Of a stretch of 42,469 nt of DNA, positions 1-8,782 are shown piece after piece. Source of the stretch: Candidatus Woesearchaeota archaeon (lineage in GTDB: Archaea; Nanobdellota; Nanobdellia; Woesearchaeales; CG1-02-33-12); NCBI GenBank assembly GCA_017610275.1, contig JAFCCI010000005.1, positions 1-42,469 on the forward strand, written 5' to 3'. Each line of letters starts with the position of its first letter. Position 1 is the stretch's first letter. The translations under genes and the position numbers were made by a program. The notes under the pieces are model-generated. The model was not told the DNA's origin, ran no database searches, and worked only from the letters and a program-made list of their open reading frames with translations.

Positions 1-1070
1 TACCCAATAACATTTTTATTATCTTTTTTTAGTTTATTTATTCTTTTCATACACTCAATTGCATTAGAAATTTTGTCAGGGTTTTGTGCAAGACTAACAT
101 CCTTATTTTTATATCTAAGAGGCATGTGTATCATTACTTTTATTTGCTTTTTGGCAAGTTTTTTTATGGTTTTATTAATCTGCTTGATTGTTTTGTCAGA
201 CTCAATATCTCCTTTAGGCGTATAAAATTCAATCATAGGTGGATTTTGCTTTAATTTAGCTTTAAGGTGTTTATTATCCCATCTTGATTTTAAGGCAAAC
301 TTATCCAAGCCCAATTTCGGAAGAATATTTTTAACATCACCGCAATAAAGAGAAATATTATTTAGTTTATTCAGCTTAAGATTTTCAAGAGCATATTTAT
401 GGGCTAAAGAATTGATTTCAACACCATACACCTCTTTTACATTTGTATTCCGGGATAAAACCAATGGATATGGCCCGCAGCCAGAGAACATAACAAGGAT
501 TGATTCATCTGGCTTAACAAGTTTCATTACTCTCTTTCTTTCATTGCTTAAGCGAGGAGAGAAATATACCTTTTCAACATCAAGCTTTATTTTTACACCA
601 TTCTCAATATAAATTGTTTCCTTTTTTCTTTCCCCTGCTAAAACCTTCAGTTTTTGCGTCCTGAAAACACCACCATGAATACCAATTTTTTTAACAATAG
701 TCTTTATATTTTTGTTTATTTTTAATAATGCTTCTGCAACTATCTTCTCTTTTTTTATTAGGCCTTGCTTAATCTCAAGAATTATTATATCACCAATAGT
801 ATCAAAAGCAGACGGAACAAGGATTAACTCTTTTTTTGTAAGCTTATATTTCAATAAGTCTGTTATTGTGATTTTATTTGTTTTCTTTAGTTTTTTTTCA
901 GTAAATTTTACAAATGGAAACTTTTTATTTAAATCTTTTTTCTCATTAATCGGAAAGTAGATGAAATTCTTATCTTTAACTATTTCATACTCTTTGTCAA
1001 AAAGACCATTGTCCAATAAATATTTCTTCAGTTTCTCAGCTTTCCTTAAAGGAACTTTTATAGTTAGCAT
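1..1070 (-). CDS. Trm5/Taw2 (Met-10+) family tRNA methyltransferase; 3' end runs off the window, so it has no stop and is absent from the ORF track
   Basis: My own minus-strand translation from ATG at 1070-1068 gives 'MLTIKVPLRKAEKLKKYLL...VYFSPRLSNERKRV...ILVMFSGCGPYPLVLS...VYGVEIN...YCGDVKNIL'. This shows the Trm5-type FSPRL..ER motif, then SAM-binding motif I, acidic motif II and the GD motif. The frame stays open to position 3. Confidence 0.7.
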   Translation of the reverse strand, partial: MLTIKVPLRKAEKLKKYLLDNGLFDKEYEIVKDKNFIYFPINEKKDLNKKFPFVKFTEKKLKKTNKITITDLLKYKLTKKELILVPSAFDTIGDIIILEIKQGLIKKEKIVAEALLKINKNIKTIVKKIGIHGGVFRTQKLKVLAGERKKETIYIENGVKIKLDVEKVYFSPRLSNERKRVMKLVKPDESILVMFSGCGPYPLVLSRNTNVKEVYGVEINSLAHKYALENLKLNKLNNISLYCGDVKNILPKLGLDKFALKSRWDNKHLKAKLKQNPPMIEFYTPKGDIESDKTIKQINKTIKKLAKKQIKVMIHMPLRYKNKDVSLAQNPDKISNAIECMKRINKLKKDNKNVIG

Positions 1071-1092
1071 AGCAAGAAAGATTCTTAAACAT

Positions 1093-1100
1093 TATTTAAA
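1093..1100 (-). promoter_or_regulatory. TATA box (TTTAAATA on the minus strand) for the Trm5-like gene; implies a leaderless mRNA
   Basis: The proximal edge lies 23 nt from the A of ATG (1070). No SD lies in between. Confidence 0.4.
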
Positions 1101-1101
1101 T

Positions 1102-1983
1102 TTATCCTAAAATAACAAGAAATGCGCCTATAAGCATAATAACACAAGCTAAAATTCTTTGAGTGAGATTTTTCTCATGAAATACTCTTCCACCAACAGC
1201 TGTTGCAAAGAATGCAGACATTCTCTTTATTGGAATTACAAGGCTTACATAAGTCATTGAGACTGCCTGTGTGTATGCTAACCTATAACTGGTTACTAAA
1301 ATTGCAACAAGAAATATCCACTTTCCTGCACTTTTTACTCCATGTTTTATTCCTTCAAAACCATTATGGAATATACAAATTAAGATTATAAAATTTATTG
1401 CAATAAAAAACTGGATTATTGGAATATAAGTTAATGGTGAGACAGTTCTTAGAATAAATTTATCAAATATAGAGCAAAAGCCATATAAGATTAGTGCAAG
1501 GAATATATAATAAAAGTAATTTGACTTAAACGTTTTTGTGAATATCTTTTTTGTTCCGTGATTTTCTGCTTCCAAAACATAAGAGCCAATTATTAATAAT
1601 ATTATTCCAAATAACTGCAGCGAAGTTACCTTTTCTCCGAGAATAAAGAATGCAAGAACAACAACAATTGCTGGGCTAAAAGTCATTAAAGGGCTGACTA
1701 TTGAAACATCCATATGCCTTACTGCCTTTGCAACAAACAAAAAAGCAATTGATCCAAAAATAGACGCTAGGTACATTAAGCCAAGTGTTTTTATAGGAAG
1801 ATTAAAGTTAATATATGGTAATAAAACTAAAGCTATAAGAAAATTAAATATTGCCAAAACAGCTGAGAATTCCATTGCATGCTCTTTCAGCAGGGTTTTC
1901 TTTTCAATAATTGTAAATGCAGCTGTTAATAATGCTGCTAATGTTGCAAAGAGATACCATTCCATCTTAAAAAAATTCTCCAA
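1102..1983 (-). CDS. EamA/DMT-superfamily permease (about 10 TM helices)
   Basis: The 293-aa ORF is hydrophobic throughout with two similar halves, as in EamA-domain transporters. The second Met (codon 7) is an alternative start that would remove the 17-nt overlap with fen. Confidence 0.7.
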   Translation of the reverse strand: MENFFKMEWYLFATLAALLTAAFTIIEKKTLLKEHAMEFSAVLAIFNFLIALVLLPYINFNLPIKTLGLMYLASIFGSIAFLFVAKAVRHMDVSIVSPLMTFSPAIVVVLAFFILGEKVTSLQLFGIILLIIGSYVLEAENHGTKKIFTKTFKSNYFYYIFLALILYGFCSIFDKFILRTVSPLTYIPIIQFFIAINFIILICIFHNGFEGIKHGVKSAGKWIFLVAILVTSYRLAYTQAVSMTYVSLVIPIKRMSAFFATAVGGRVFHEKNLTQRILACVIMLIGAFLVILG

Positions 1984-2998
1984 GATCTTTCTGTTGTTTG
2001 CTTTCTTTGTTCTTCAATAGCTTGTCTAAAACTGTTTTAACCCTTTCCATTGCAAAATCATGCTCATTAACTAATAAATTAATAACTTCTTCCTTATTGG
2101 GCTCTTTCCATTCAATTAAGTATTCTTTTTCAATAGGTATATTCTTAAACAATTCATAAACTTTTTTCCATGGATAATCAAAAAAATCATCCCATTTAAC
2201 ATCTTTAAATAAGCCATCAAAGTCAGAGCCATATTTTTTAACAAGCTTTATGGCATTTTTTGGGCCTATCCCTTTAATGCCTCCAATATTATAGTCTGTT
2301 CCAACAAGCATTGCCAAAACAATAAGCTGATTCTGGTCAATACCAAGATTATTAAGGTTTTCTGATAAATTAATTAATTCTGGCCTTATATTTGTGTATG
2401 ATAACCCGGATTTTTTTCTTTTTCCAATCAAAGATAAGTTTCTTACAAGCATTGGCGAGCCAAACAGCAATGAATCAAAATCCTGTGAAACACAGTAATC
2501 TGCATCCTTTTTTTTAGCCAAGTATGCTGCCTGAGCTTCGCCTTCTGAAGGTGCTTGCACAATAGGTAATCCCAGGGCAGAAATAAGTTTTTTTGATTCC
2601 TTTATTATATTTTCTGTAAGCCTTGTTGTCCTTGAGGCATATTTTTTCATTTCTTCTATATTTTCTTCTTCAACAGCTTTTTCATATTTTTTTTCTGCAT
2701 GTATCTTAATCTCTTTTCTTCTCTGCCTTTCTATCTCTTTTAGTTTTGGCGGATTTCCATCAAAAACAAAAATTAATTTTATATTGTTTTGCATAAGTTT
2801 TGTTGTTCTTGAAAATAATCCAACAAGATGGGATGTTACATTGCCCTTTGAGTCCATAAGCAAGGATCCATCTCTTGAGCGAATAGTTGTTAAAAATTGA
2901 TAAAGAAGATTGTATGAATCAATAACCAATGTTTTGTTATTCAAATCATTTAATGATAGTTCATTGCTTTTTAATAGGCACTTTATCTGAGTTCCCAT
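1967..2998 (-). CDS. fen: Flap endonuclease 1 (FEN-1)
   Basis: 343 aa. N-domain 'VIDSYNLLYQFL', 'FVFDG.PP.LK', I-domain 'APSEGEAQAAYL', H3TH 'LVGTDYN.GGIKGIGPKNA'. Length is canonical for archaeal FEN-1. Confidence 0.93.
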   Translation of the reverse strand: MGTQIKCLLKSNELSLNDLNNKTLVIDSYNLLYQFLTTIRSRDGSLLMDSKGNVTSHLVGLFSRTTKLMQNNIKLIFVFDGNPPKLKEIERQRRKEIKIHAEKKYEKAVEEENIEEMKKYASRTTRLTENIIKESKKLISALGLPIVQAPSEGEAQAAYLAKKKDADYCVSQDFDSLLFGSPMLVRNLSLIGKRKKSGLSYTNIRPELINLSENLNNLGIDQNQLIVLAMLVGTDYNIGGIKGIGPKNAIKLVKKYGSDFDGLFKDVKWDDFFDYPWKKVYELFKNIPIEKEYLIEWKEPNKEEVINLLVNEHDFAMERVKTVLDKLLKNKESKQQKDLGEFF

Positions 2999-2999
2999 T

Positions 3000-3911
3000 T
3001 TATATTTTTTTTATTTTTATGTTTTTAAATTCTTTTGAAAGCATTTCCTTTGCTTTTTTTGTTAACTCACCTTTTGTTAAGAATAAAACAGGAAGTTTTT
3101 TTATCTGTCCCTGAACAAAAGCAGAGCTTAAGTCAGAATCACTTATTCTTTTCTTGCTTTTTGCCTTGCAGTAATATGTCAAACTGCCGACAGCGCTTGG
3201 CACTTCAATAACAAGGTCTAAATCTGAATTCTTTTTTACTATTTTTTGTTCTATAAGATTGATATTACTTTTTTCAAAAAATCTTTTAACCTCACTTAAA
3301 AATTTATCTTCAGCTGTTTTGTCAACAAATATTTTCTTTTCTTCCTTCTTAATTTCTTCTTTTGGCATTACCCTTTTTAATTCTTCCTTCTTAATTTCTT
3401 CTTTTGGCTTTTCCTGTTCTTTTCTGGTAATTGTTTCCTGAACTGGCTTAACATCTTTTTTTGGCTTATCAAATTTAATTGTTTCTTTTATTATTCTTGA
3501 TGCCTCTTCATTAGTTATTAAATACCATTTCCAGAATATTTCTACATTATCATTAATCTTTACCTGTAATGGAATAGCAAAATCCTTTATATTCCTTAAG
3601 GCAACCCTCACAACAGGCTCTGCTATTTTGTCCCTCAAGATTTTCTTCTGCATCAGTAAATCATAAACCCTTTTTTCCTTTTCATGAAGGTTTTTTGCAA
3701 AATCCTGCAGTCTTGATTCCTGGCCAGGCAGGTAATAAAGAGGTGTGCTTCCGAATTTGACATGAGAAATTTTAAGAATATTTTTTGATACAAGCTCTGA
3801 AAGTATTGCAGAGGCCATTAATATATCTGTTCCAATTACTTTTGCTATTTGTGCAGGTATGACAGGCCCTCTCATCCTTATTGTTTGTATGACTTTCTCC
3901 TTGCTGTCCAT
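3000..3911 (-). CDS. Hypothetical DNA-binding protein: N-terminal winged-helix-like region, K/E-rich repeat linker, C-terminal Mrr/PD-(D/E)xK-like domain
   Basis: 303 aa. N-terminus 'RMRGPVIPAQIAKVIGTDILMASAILSELVSKNILKI' looks like a wHTH. The linker has duplicated 'PKEEIKKEE'. The C-terminus 'DLDLVIEV...YYCKAKSKKRISDSDL...LPVLFLTKGELTKKAKE' fits a D..E.K nuclease-fold pattern. Its stop lies 1 nt from the fen start. Confidence 0.45.
   Translation of the reverse strand: MDSKEKVIQTIRMRGPVIPAQIAKVIGTDILMASAILSELVSKNILKISHVKFGSTPLYYLPGQESRLQDFAKNLHEKEKRVYDLLMQKKILRDKIAEPVVRVALRNIKDFAIPLQVKINDNVEIFWKWYLITNEEASRIIKETIKFDKPKKDVKPVQETITRKEQEKPKEEIKKEELKRVMPKEEIKKEEKKIFVDKTAEDKFLSEVKRFFEKSNINLIEQKIVKKNSDLDLVIEVPSAVGSLTYYCKAKSKKRISDSDLSSAFVQGQIKKLPVLFLTKGELTKKAKEMLSKEFKNIKIKKI
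3341..3408 (-). repeat. 26-bp direct repeat (two copies, 42-bp period) inside a coding region
   Basis: 'cttccttcttaatttcttcttttggc' occurs at 3341-3366 and 3383-3408. It encodes the duplicated 'PKEEIKKEE' linker. Confidence 0.8.
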
Positions 3912-3933
3912 GAGAAAAGAGTCATATACAAAC

Positions 3934-3941
3934 TTTATATA
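3934..3941 (-). promoter_or_regulatory. TATA box (TATATAAA on the minus strand) for the 3911-1967 gene pair
   Basis: 23 nt from ATG 3911. No SD. Confidence 0.4.
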
Positions 3942-3984
3942 CTTTATTGTTTAAAATTACAAAAATATATAAAATAAGGAGTGA

Positions 3985-4512
3985 TTGATAATAAATATGC
4001 ATAAAACTTATAATAACAAACCATTAAAGTTTTGTTTTGAAGGACCAAGAAGTTCAATAAATTATAAGATTAACAAATTAATAGACTTTATTGATATCCC
4101 CTTAGGGCTTTATGGTAAAACTGTTAAGATAGAAGAAAGGGAAAACAGAAGGATATTTGAAGGTTTTTCAGAAGATATTGGGGGTATACTCAGGTCATCA
4201 CCTGGTTTTCCATTCCTGAGGCAGGTAATTAATGAACAGATTTCTGACCTTTTAAATGAAGAGGATGAATATAAAAAAATACCATCTCCTTTTAACAATG
4301 AATGTCAAGAAGAAGTGAGAGAAAGATATGTTTACTGCATAGGTGAAAAAGGGGGTCCATCTCACCCTGCTTATCCTATTCATTACAAATTAGAAGTTCT
4401 TGAGAGAACTCATCAAGCAGAGGTTAATGTACTGCTTCAATCGGACTTAGCAAAAGAAAAAATAAATTCTGATATTCTTTTTGAATTAAGAAAGAGGTTG
4501 TTTCAGGACTAA
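3985..4512 (+). CDS. Hypothetical protein (no recognisable family)
   Basis: 175-aa ORF. 'AAGGAGTG' at 3977-3984 is a plausible SD for ATG at 3997, so the TTG at 3985 in the track is probably not the real start. No motifs recognised. Confidence 0.5.
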   Translation: MIINMHKTYNNKPLKFCFEGPRSSINYKINKLIDFIDIPLGLYGKTVKIEERENRRIFEGFSEDIGGILRSSPGFPFLRQVINEQISDLLNEEDEYKKIPSPFNNECQEEVRERYVYCIGEKGGPSHPAYPIHYKLEVLERTHQAEVNVLLQSDLAKEKINSDILFELRKRLFQD

Positions 4513-5096
4513 GGCCTGATCCACTTAATCTCATAATAGGTTACATCACCTTCATTATCAACTATGCCTATCATTAAGCGCTTTTTTGTGGAATGTGCAA
4601 CCCTGTTTTTAGCAGCAAACTCATACCAAGTTAAAGCAGACCCCTCATGAACAGGATAAACAATCCACCTTGCATGGTCTTCGCCCGGCTTTACACCCCT
4701 GTCATAAATCCTGAAGTCAGCGCCAAACTTGAGTGCTGTTTTTATTATATAGCCCCTATTTCTTATATCTTTAAAAACACAATATCTTATCCAGAAATTA
4801 GGTTCAACTCTTTTTGTTTTTTTTATAAAATCATCAAAAGTAACTTTTTTCTTTTTATAATCCCTTATATCAACTTTGCCTTTATCCATTAAATATAAGG
4901 CTTCCAATAGTGACAAATAAACCTTGCCATCTTCTAAAATACTGCCAAATCTGCTTTGGTTGTATAACTCACGTGCAGCATCAGTGCTTTCTGTTAAAAC
5001 CCTTTCCCTTGTCAGGACTGCTTTAACCTTTTTTTTCTTTTTTTTTGTTTCTGTCTTTTTCTTAACAGTTTTCTTTGCTTTAGTTTTTTTGGACAT
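4509..5096 (-). CDS. endA: tRNA-splicing endonuclease (EndA), with a Lys-rich N-terminal tail
   Basis: 195 aa. 'LSLLEALYLMDKGKVDI', 'KFGADFRIYDRG', 'HSTKKRLMIG' match the conserved N- and C-domain signatures and the catalytic Tyr/His/Lys context. The first ~27 aa are poly-Lys. Confidence 0.85.
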   Translation of the reverse strand: MSKKTKAKKTVKKKTETKKKKKKVKAVLTRERVLTESTDAARELYNQSRFGSILEDGKVYLSLLEALYLMDKGKVDIRDYKKKKVTFDDFIKKTKRVEPNFWIRYCVFKDIRNRGYIIKTALKFGADFRIYDRGVKPGEDHARWIVYPVHEGSALTWYEFAAKNRVAHSTKKRLMIGIVDNEGDVTYYEIKWIRP

Positions 5097-5181
5097 AAAT
5101 TATGAAAACCTGTTTTTGTTTAAAAAACTTTAGTTTTAATAATTATTTTCTATATTGAAAATAAATAAACAATACAAAATC

Positions 5182-5189
5182 TTAAATAT
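5182..5189 (+). promoter_or_regulatory. TATA box (TTAAATAT) for rnz
   Basis: About 24-25 nt upstream of ATG 5214. No SD. Confidence 0.35.
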
Positions 5190-5213
5190 ATTAAGATAAC
5201 CCTTTTTGTTAAG

Positions 5214-6104
5214 ATGCAATTAACATTTTTAGGGACAAGTGCAATGGTTCCGACAAAAGAGAGAAACCATTCAGCTGCTTTGATTAGCTACGGCTCTGAA
5301 GGCATTTTGATTGATTGTGGTGAGGGCACGCAAAGGCAGATGAAAATAGCAGGAATAAAGCCATCAAAAGTGACAAAGATATTGATAAGCCATTGGCATG
5401 GAGATCATGTTCTTGGTATTCCTGGTTTGATACAAACTTTAGCAAAAAATGAATATGACAAAATTTTGGAAATATACGGGCCAGAGGGAACAAAGGAAAG
5501 AATGAAAAATATGTTTAAGGCATTTTCTTTTGAAGATAAAATAGAGACAAAAATTCATGAAATCACAAAGAAAAGATTTTTTGAAGGAAAGGATTTTTTT
5601 CTGGAGGCACTTCCTCTTGAACATGGTATTATAACTCTTGGCTTTACTTTTATTGAAAAAGATAAAAGAAGAATAAAGGTCGATATAGTAAGAAAGCTTG
5701 GTATTCCGGATGGACCCTTGCTGGGTAAGTTACAGTCAGGAAAGAGCATAACCTTTAAGGAAAAGAAAATAACACCAGAGCAGGCAACTTATGTTGTTAA
5801 GGGCAAAAAATTAAGTTTTATAACAGATACAGTGCCATGCAATAACGCATTGGAGCTTGCAATGAATTCTGATATTTTAGTTTGTGAATCAACCTATGCG
5901 CATAAACTTGAAGAAAAGGCAGCTGAATACATGCATATGACATCAAAACAAGCTGGTTTATTGGCTAATCAGGCAAAAGCAAAAAAGCTTATCCTAACAC
6001 ATTTCAGCCAGCGCTATAAGACAATGGAAGAAATAGAAGATGATGCAAAGGATGTTTTCTCAAATACAATCTGTGCCTACGATTTCATGAAATTAAAAAT
6101 ATAA
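5214..6104 (+). CDS. rnz: Ribonuclease Z (tRNA 3' endonuclease, metallo-beta-lactamase fold)
   Basis: 296 aa. 'MQLTFLGTS...PT..RN', 'LIDCGEGTQ', 'ISHWHGDH', C-terminal 'LILTHFSQRY'. Confidence 0.9.
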   Translation: MQLTFLGTSAMVPTKERNHSAALISYGSEGILIDCGEGTQRQMKIAGIKPSKVTKILISHWHGDHVLGIPGLIQTLAKNEYDKILEIYGPEGTKERMKNMFKAFSFEDKIETKIHEITKKRFFEGKDFFLEALPLEHGIITLGFTFIEKDKRRIKVDIVRKLGIPDGPLLGKLQSGKSITFKEKKITPEQATYVVKGKKLSFITDTVPCNNALELAMNSDILVCESTYAHKLEEKAAEYMHMTSKQAGLLANQAKAKKLILTHFSQRYKTMEEIEDDAKDVFSNTICAYDFMKLKI

Positions 6105-6139
6105 TCAATTAGAGCACCTTAAATAAAAATTAGATTATA

Positions 6140-6448
6140 TTACATATGCCCAGAATGCGTTCTTTTTTTGTTGTTCTCAACAACTTTCTCTAAAACTTCT
6201 TTGCTGTTAACACCAAGCATTTCACACAAACCCAAGCAATAGACCATTAAATCTGTGATTGCATCTATCATTTCATCCTTATGGCTAATTTCTCTGGCAG
6301 GTTTTTTATCACTGTTTTTATAAGCTCTTGCTAGTTCTCCAAGCTCTTCAGTCATTAAAATGATTTCTTTCCCAATATCTGTAATATTAAAACCTTTATC
6401 TAGCTTGTTTTGATAAATTTCTTTTTGCAATTTGGATAAATTTGTCAT
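6140..6448 (-). CDS. MazG-like nucleotide pyrophosphohydrolase domain protein
   Basis: 102 aa, all-helical. 'EELGELARAY' and 'DAITDLMVYCLGLCEMLGV' match the EEXXE/D metal-binding helices of small MazG proteins. Confidence 0.65.
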   Translation of the reverse strand: MTNLSKLQKEIYQNKLDKGFNITDIGKEIILMTEELGELARAYKNSDKKPAREISHKDEMIDAITDLMVYCLGLCEMLGVNSKEVLEKVVENNKKRTHSGHM

Positions 6449-6469
6449 AATAATCCTTTAAGGTAAAAT

Positions 6470-6685
6470 TTACTTTGAAGCCAGCTTTATATCGCTTGCC
6501 TTGACTGTTTTTCTTCCAGCATGTATTGCAAGCTTTACAGCATCTGATGCTATCTCTTCTGCTATCTCTTCTAAAGCATTTTTTAATGCTGCCTTTGCCT
6601 TATCAGAAACCCTCTCAGCACCGCATTTTTTCATTATTTTTTCCATTGCGGCCAATGGAATAAGTCTTTTTCCCATTTTTTTCAC
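6470..6685 (-). CDS. Archaeal histone (HMf family histone fold)
   Basis: 71 aa. '[62 protein letters not shown]' is a complete histone fold with the RKTV loop. Confidence 0.85.
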   Translation of the reverse strand: MKKMGKRLIPLAAMEKIMKKCGAERVSDKAKAALKNALEEIAEEIASDAVKLAIHAGRKTVKASDIKLASK

Positions 6686-6884
6686 CCCAAAACAGTTAAT
6701 TTGTTTTAATAAGGTAAAAATAAGCCTTATATTTAAGGTTTTTGTTTTTTAGGCTAGATTAGAGGAAAATATGGTTTACTTAACAAATAAAACAATAAAA
6801 GAGACAGATTAAACCTTTATAGTGGTAAAAAGGCATAAACCTCTTTTCAAAAGGTATTTATGTATGTATTATTTAAATAAATAC

Positions 6885-7274
6885 ATGAGCAGAAAATCAA
6901 AGGGAATAAATGCTGAGCGTGAATTAGTTCATATGTTCTGGAATACAAATGAATGGTCTGCTGTAAGGGTAGCAGGCTCTGGAAGCAGCAGTTTTCCATG
7001 CCCAGATGTTTTGGCTGGCAATAGAATAAGAAAACTTGCTATTGAGTGCAAAACAGTTAATGCCAAAAGCAAATACCTAACAGATGAAGACATAAACCAA
7101 TTAAATGATTTTTCAGCTGTTTTTGGTGCAGAACCCTGGATAGGGGTTAAATTTAAGTCTGACTGGTTTTTTCTGAGTATAGATGACCTTAAAAAGACAG
7201 AAAAAGGTTATGCTGTCTCTAAAGAACTTGCAAAGAACAAAGGAATGATTTTTAATGAATTAGTTGAAAAATAG
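6885..7274 (+). CDS. hjc: Holliday junction resolvase Hjc
   Basis: 'KG.NAERELV..F...W.AVR.AGSG....PDVLAG......AIECK' carries the Hjc catalytic E..D..E.K pattern. I place the start at ATG 6885 ('MSRKSKG'). The track's 6822 start adds 21 non-conserved residues. Confidence 0.85.
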   Translation: MSRKSKGINAERELVHMFWNTNEWSAVRVAGSGSSSFPCPDVLAGNRIRKLAIECKTVNAKSKYLTDEDINQLNDFSAVFGAEPWIGVKFKSDWFFLSIDDLKKTEKGYAVSKELAKNKGMIFNELVEK

Positions 7275-7360
7275 GCTTCTTTTATTAAAAAACGAAAGGT
7301 TTATAAACTCATTTCCCCATAATATACCTATTATCCGCTTCTGGAATTCTGGAGGAAAAT

Positions 7361-7861
7361 ATGAGATTATCCAATAAAATCATAGAAGCCACTATTGTTG
7401 ATGTAGCTGGCGAGGATGTGCTTCCAATAGTCCATTTTCTAAAAAATAAAAAGAACATTTCAGAATTTAAGATAGCAGAAGTAATAAAAAAAGAGATAAA
7501 TACAACAAGAAACATGCTATACCGGCTGCAGGAGGCAAACCTTGTTTCTTTTATCAGAAAAAAAGACAAGAAAAAAGGGTGGTATATTTATTACTGGACA
7601 TTTAAACCAAAGATGATAAAACATATAATTATTAGTCTAAAAAAGGAAAAGTTATCGAAGCTAAAGGAAAGGATAATAAGGGAAAAGAGCAGCCATTTTT
7701 TTATATGCCAAAACAACTGCATAAGGCTTGATTTTGACCAGGCAATGAATTTTGAGTTCAAATGTCCTGAGTGCGGGGAAATAATGAACCAAGAGGATAA
7801 CTCAGAAAATATAAGGTTGATTGAAGAGGAAATAAAAAAGATTAAAGAAGAATTAAAATAA
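7361..7861 (+). CDS. tfe: Transcription factor E (TFE alpha): winged helix plus zinc ribbon
   Basis: 166 aa. wH 'ISEFKIAEVIKKEINTTRNMLYRLQEANLV', 'KKGWYIYYW', zinc ribbon 'CQNNC...CPECGE'. GGAGG at 7351-7355 precedes the ATG. Confidence 0.75.
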   Translation: MRLSNKIIEATIVDVAGEDVLPIVHFLKNKKNISEFKIAEVIKKEINTTRNMLYRLQEANLVSFIRKKDKKKGWYIYYWTFKPKMIKHIIISLKKEKLSKLKERIIREKSSHFFICQNNCIRLDFDQAMNFEFKCPECGEIMNQEDNSENIRLIEEEIKKIKEELK

Positions 7862-8770
7862 ATGCTTTCTGAACATCCATTTGTTATTAGCTTTAATTTC
7901 CTGTATAAATATATGCGGCTTGTAAATGCCAAGTTCTGAAATAATACCTGTTATTAAACTTGGATTAACTTTTTCAAATGCAAAATTGTTTATAGTGATT
8001 CCTTTAGGAGGATTTTTCCATATTTCATTTCCTTTTCTTATTTCAATCTCTTCTTCATAACCAAACACTGTTTCCACATCAAATTTCCATGAGTCAGTGC
8101 ATGCGTATACAGGAATATCATACTTATTAGCTATTTCTGCATAAAGCTCAGAACCAATTTTATTGATTACCTTACCCTCTGTTGTTATTGCATCAGCACC
8201 AATCAGCATTAAATCTGCTTTTTTTAATGCAAATCTTGCTGCAGCGTCAACAAAATGAGTTATAGGAATACCAAGTTTTGCAACTTCTTTTGCTGTGATT
8301 CTTCCCTGGTACAAGGGCCTTGTTTCTGTATTATGTACCTCAAATTGCTTTCCTTGCTTTTTTGCTTGTTTTAGGATTTCAAGTATTGTTGAAGAATGGC
8401 AGTGGGTAAATACAATTGTTCCATTTCTGATTTTCTTAGAGCCTATCTGTGCTATTATTTTTTGGTTTTTGTCAAATCGCTCTAAAACATCATCAACTTT
8501 GAGGCAAACAGCATTTGCCAACTCAATAGGGTCATCATAGTTAAGGTCGTACAGGATATAGTTTAATGCATTTCTCATGCACGGTTCAGTTGGCCTGCTT
8601 AAAAAAAGAAGGTTTTTTGTGTGATAAATATCTGCTAAAATTCCAGAAACACTTTTTGCCTTAGATAATTTTACAACCTCTCTTAGTGATTTTACAGCCT
8701 CTTTGGCAACATTTTCTGCACCCTGAATCTTTAGATTCCTAATCCTATCTATTGTTTTCTTTAAACTCAT
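7853..8770 (-). CDS. eIF-2B alpha/beta/delta family protein, most likely ribose-1,5-bisphosphate isomerase
   Basis: 305 aa. 'IRNLKIQGAENVAKEAV', 'THCHSSTILEIL', 'V..TE.RP..QG', 'LIGADAITTEGKVINKIGS' are typical of the short archaeal e2b2-type proteins. Confidence 0.7.
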   Translation of the reverse strand: MSLKKTIDRIRNLKIQGAENVAKEAVKSLREVVKLSKAKSVSGILADIYHTKNLLFLSRPTEPCMRNALNYILYDLNYDDPIELANAVCLKVDDVLERFDKNQKIIAQIGSKKIRNGTIVFTHCHSSTILEILKQAKKQGKQFEVHNTETRPLYQGRITAKEVAKLGIPITHFVDAAARFALKKADLMLIGADAITTEGKVINKIGSELYAEIANKYDIPVYACTDSWKFDVETVFGYEEEIEIRKGNEIWKNPPKGITINNFAFEKVNPSLITGIISELGIYKPHIFIQEIKANNKWMFRKHLF

Positions 8771-8782
8771 TTTTCAAAGAAA

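Noticed and set aside
412-960. Plus-strand track ORFs 412-612 and 712-960
   Set aside because: They are low-complexity, Phe/Ser/Ile-rich antisense readings of the Trm5-like gene, whose minus-strand translation has clear family motifs.
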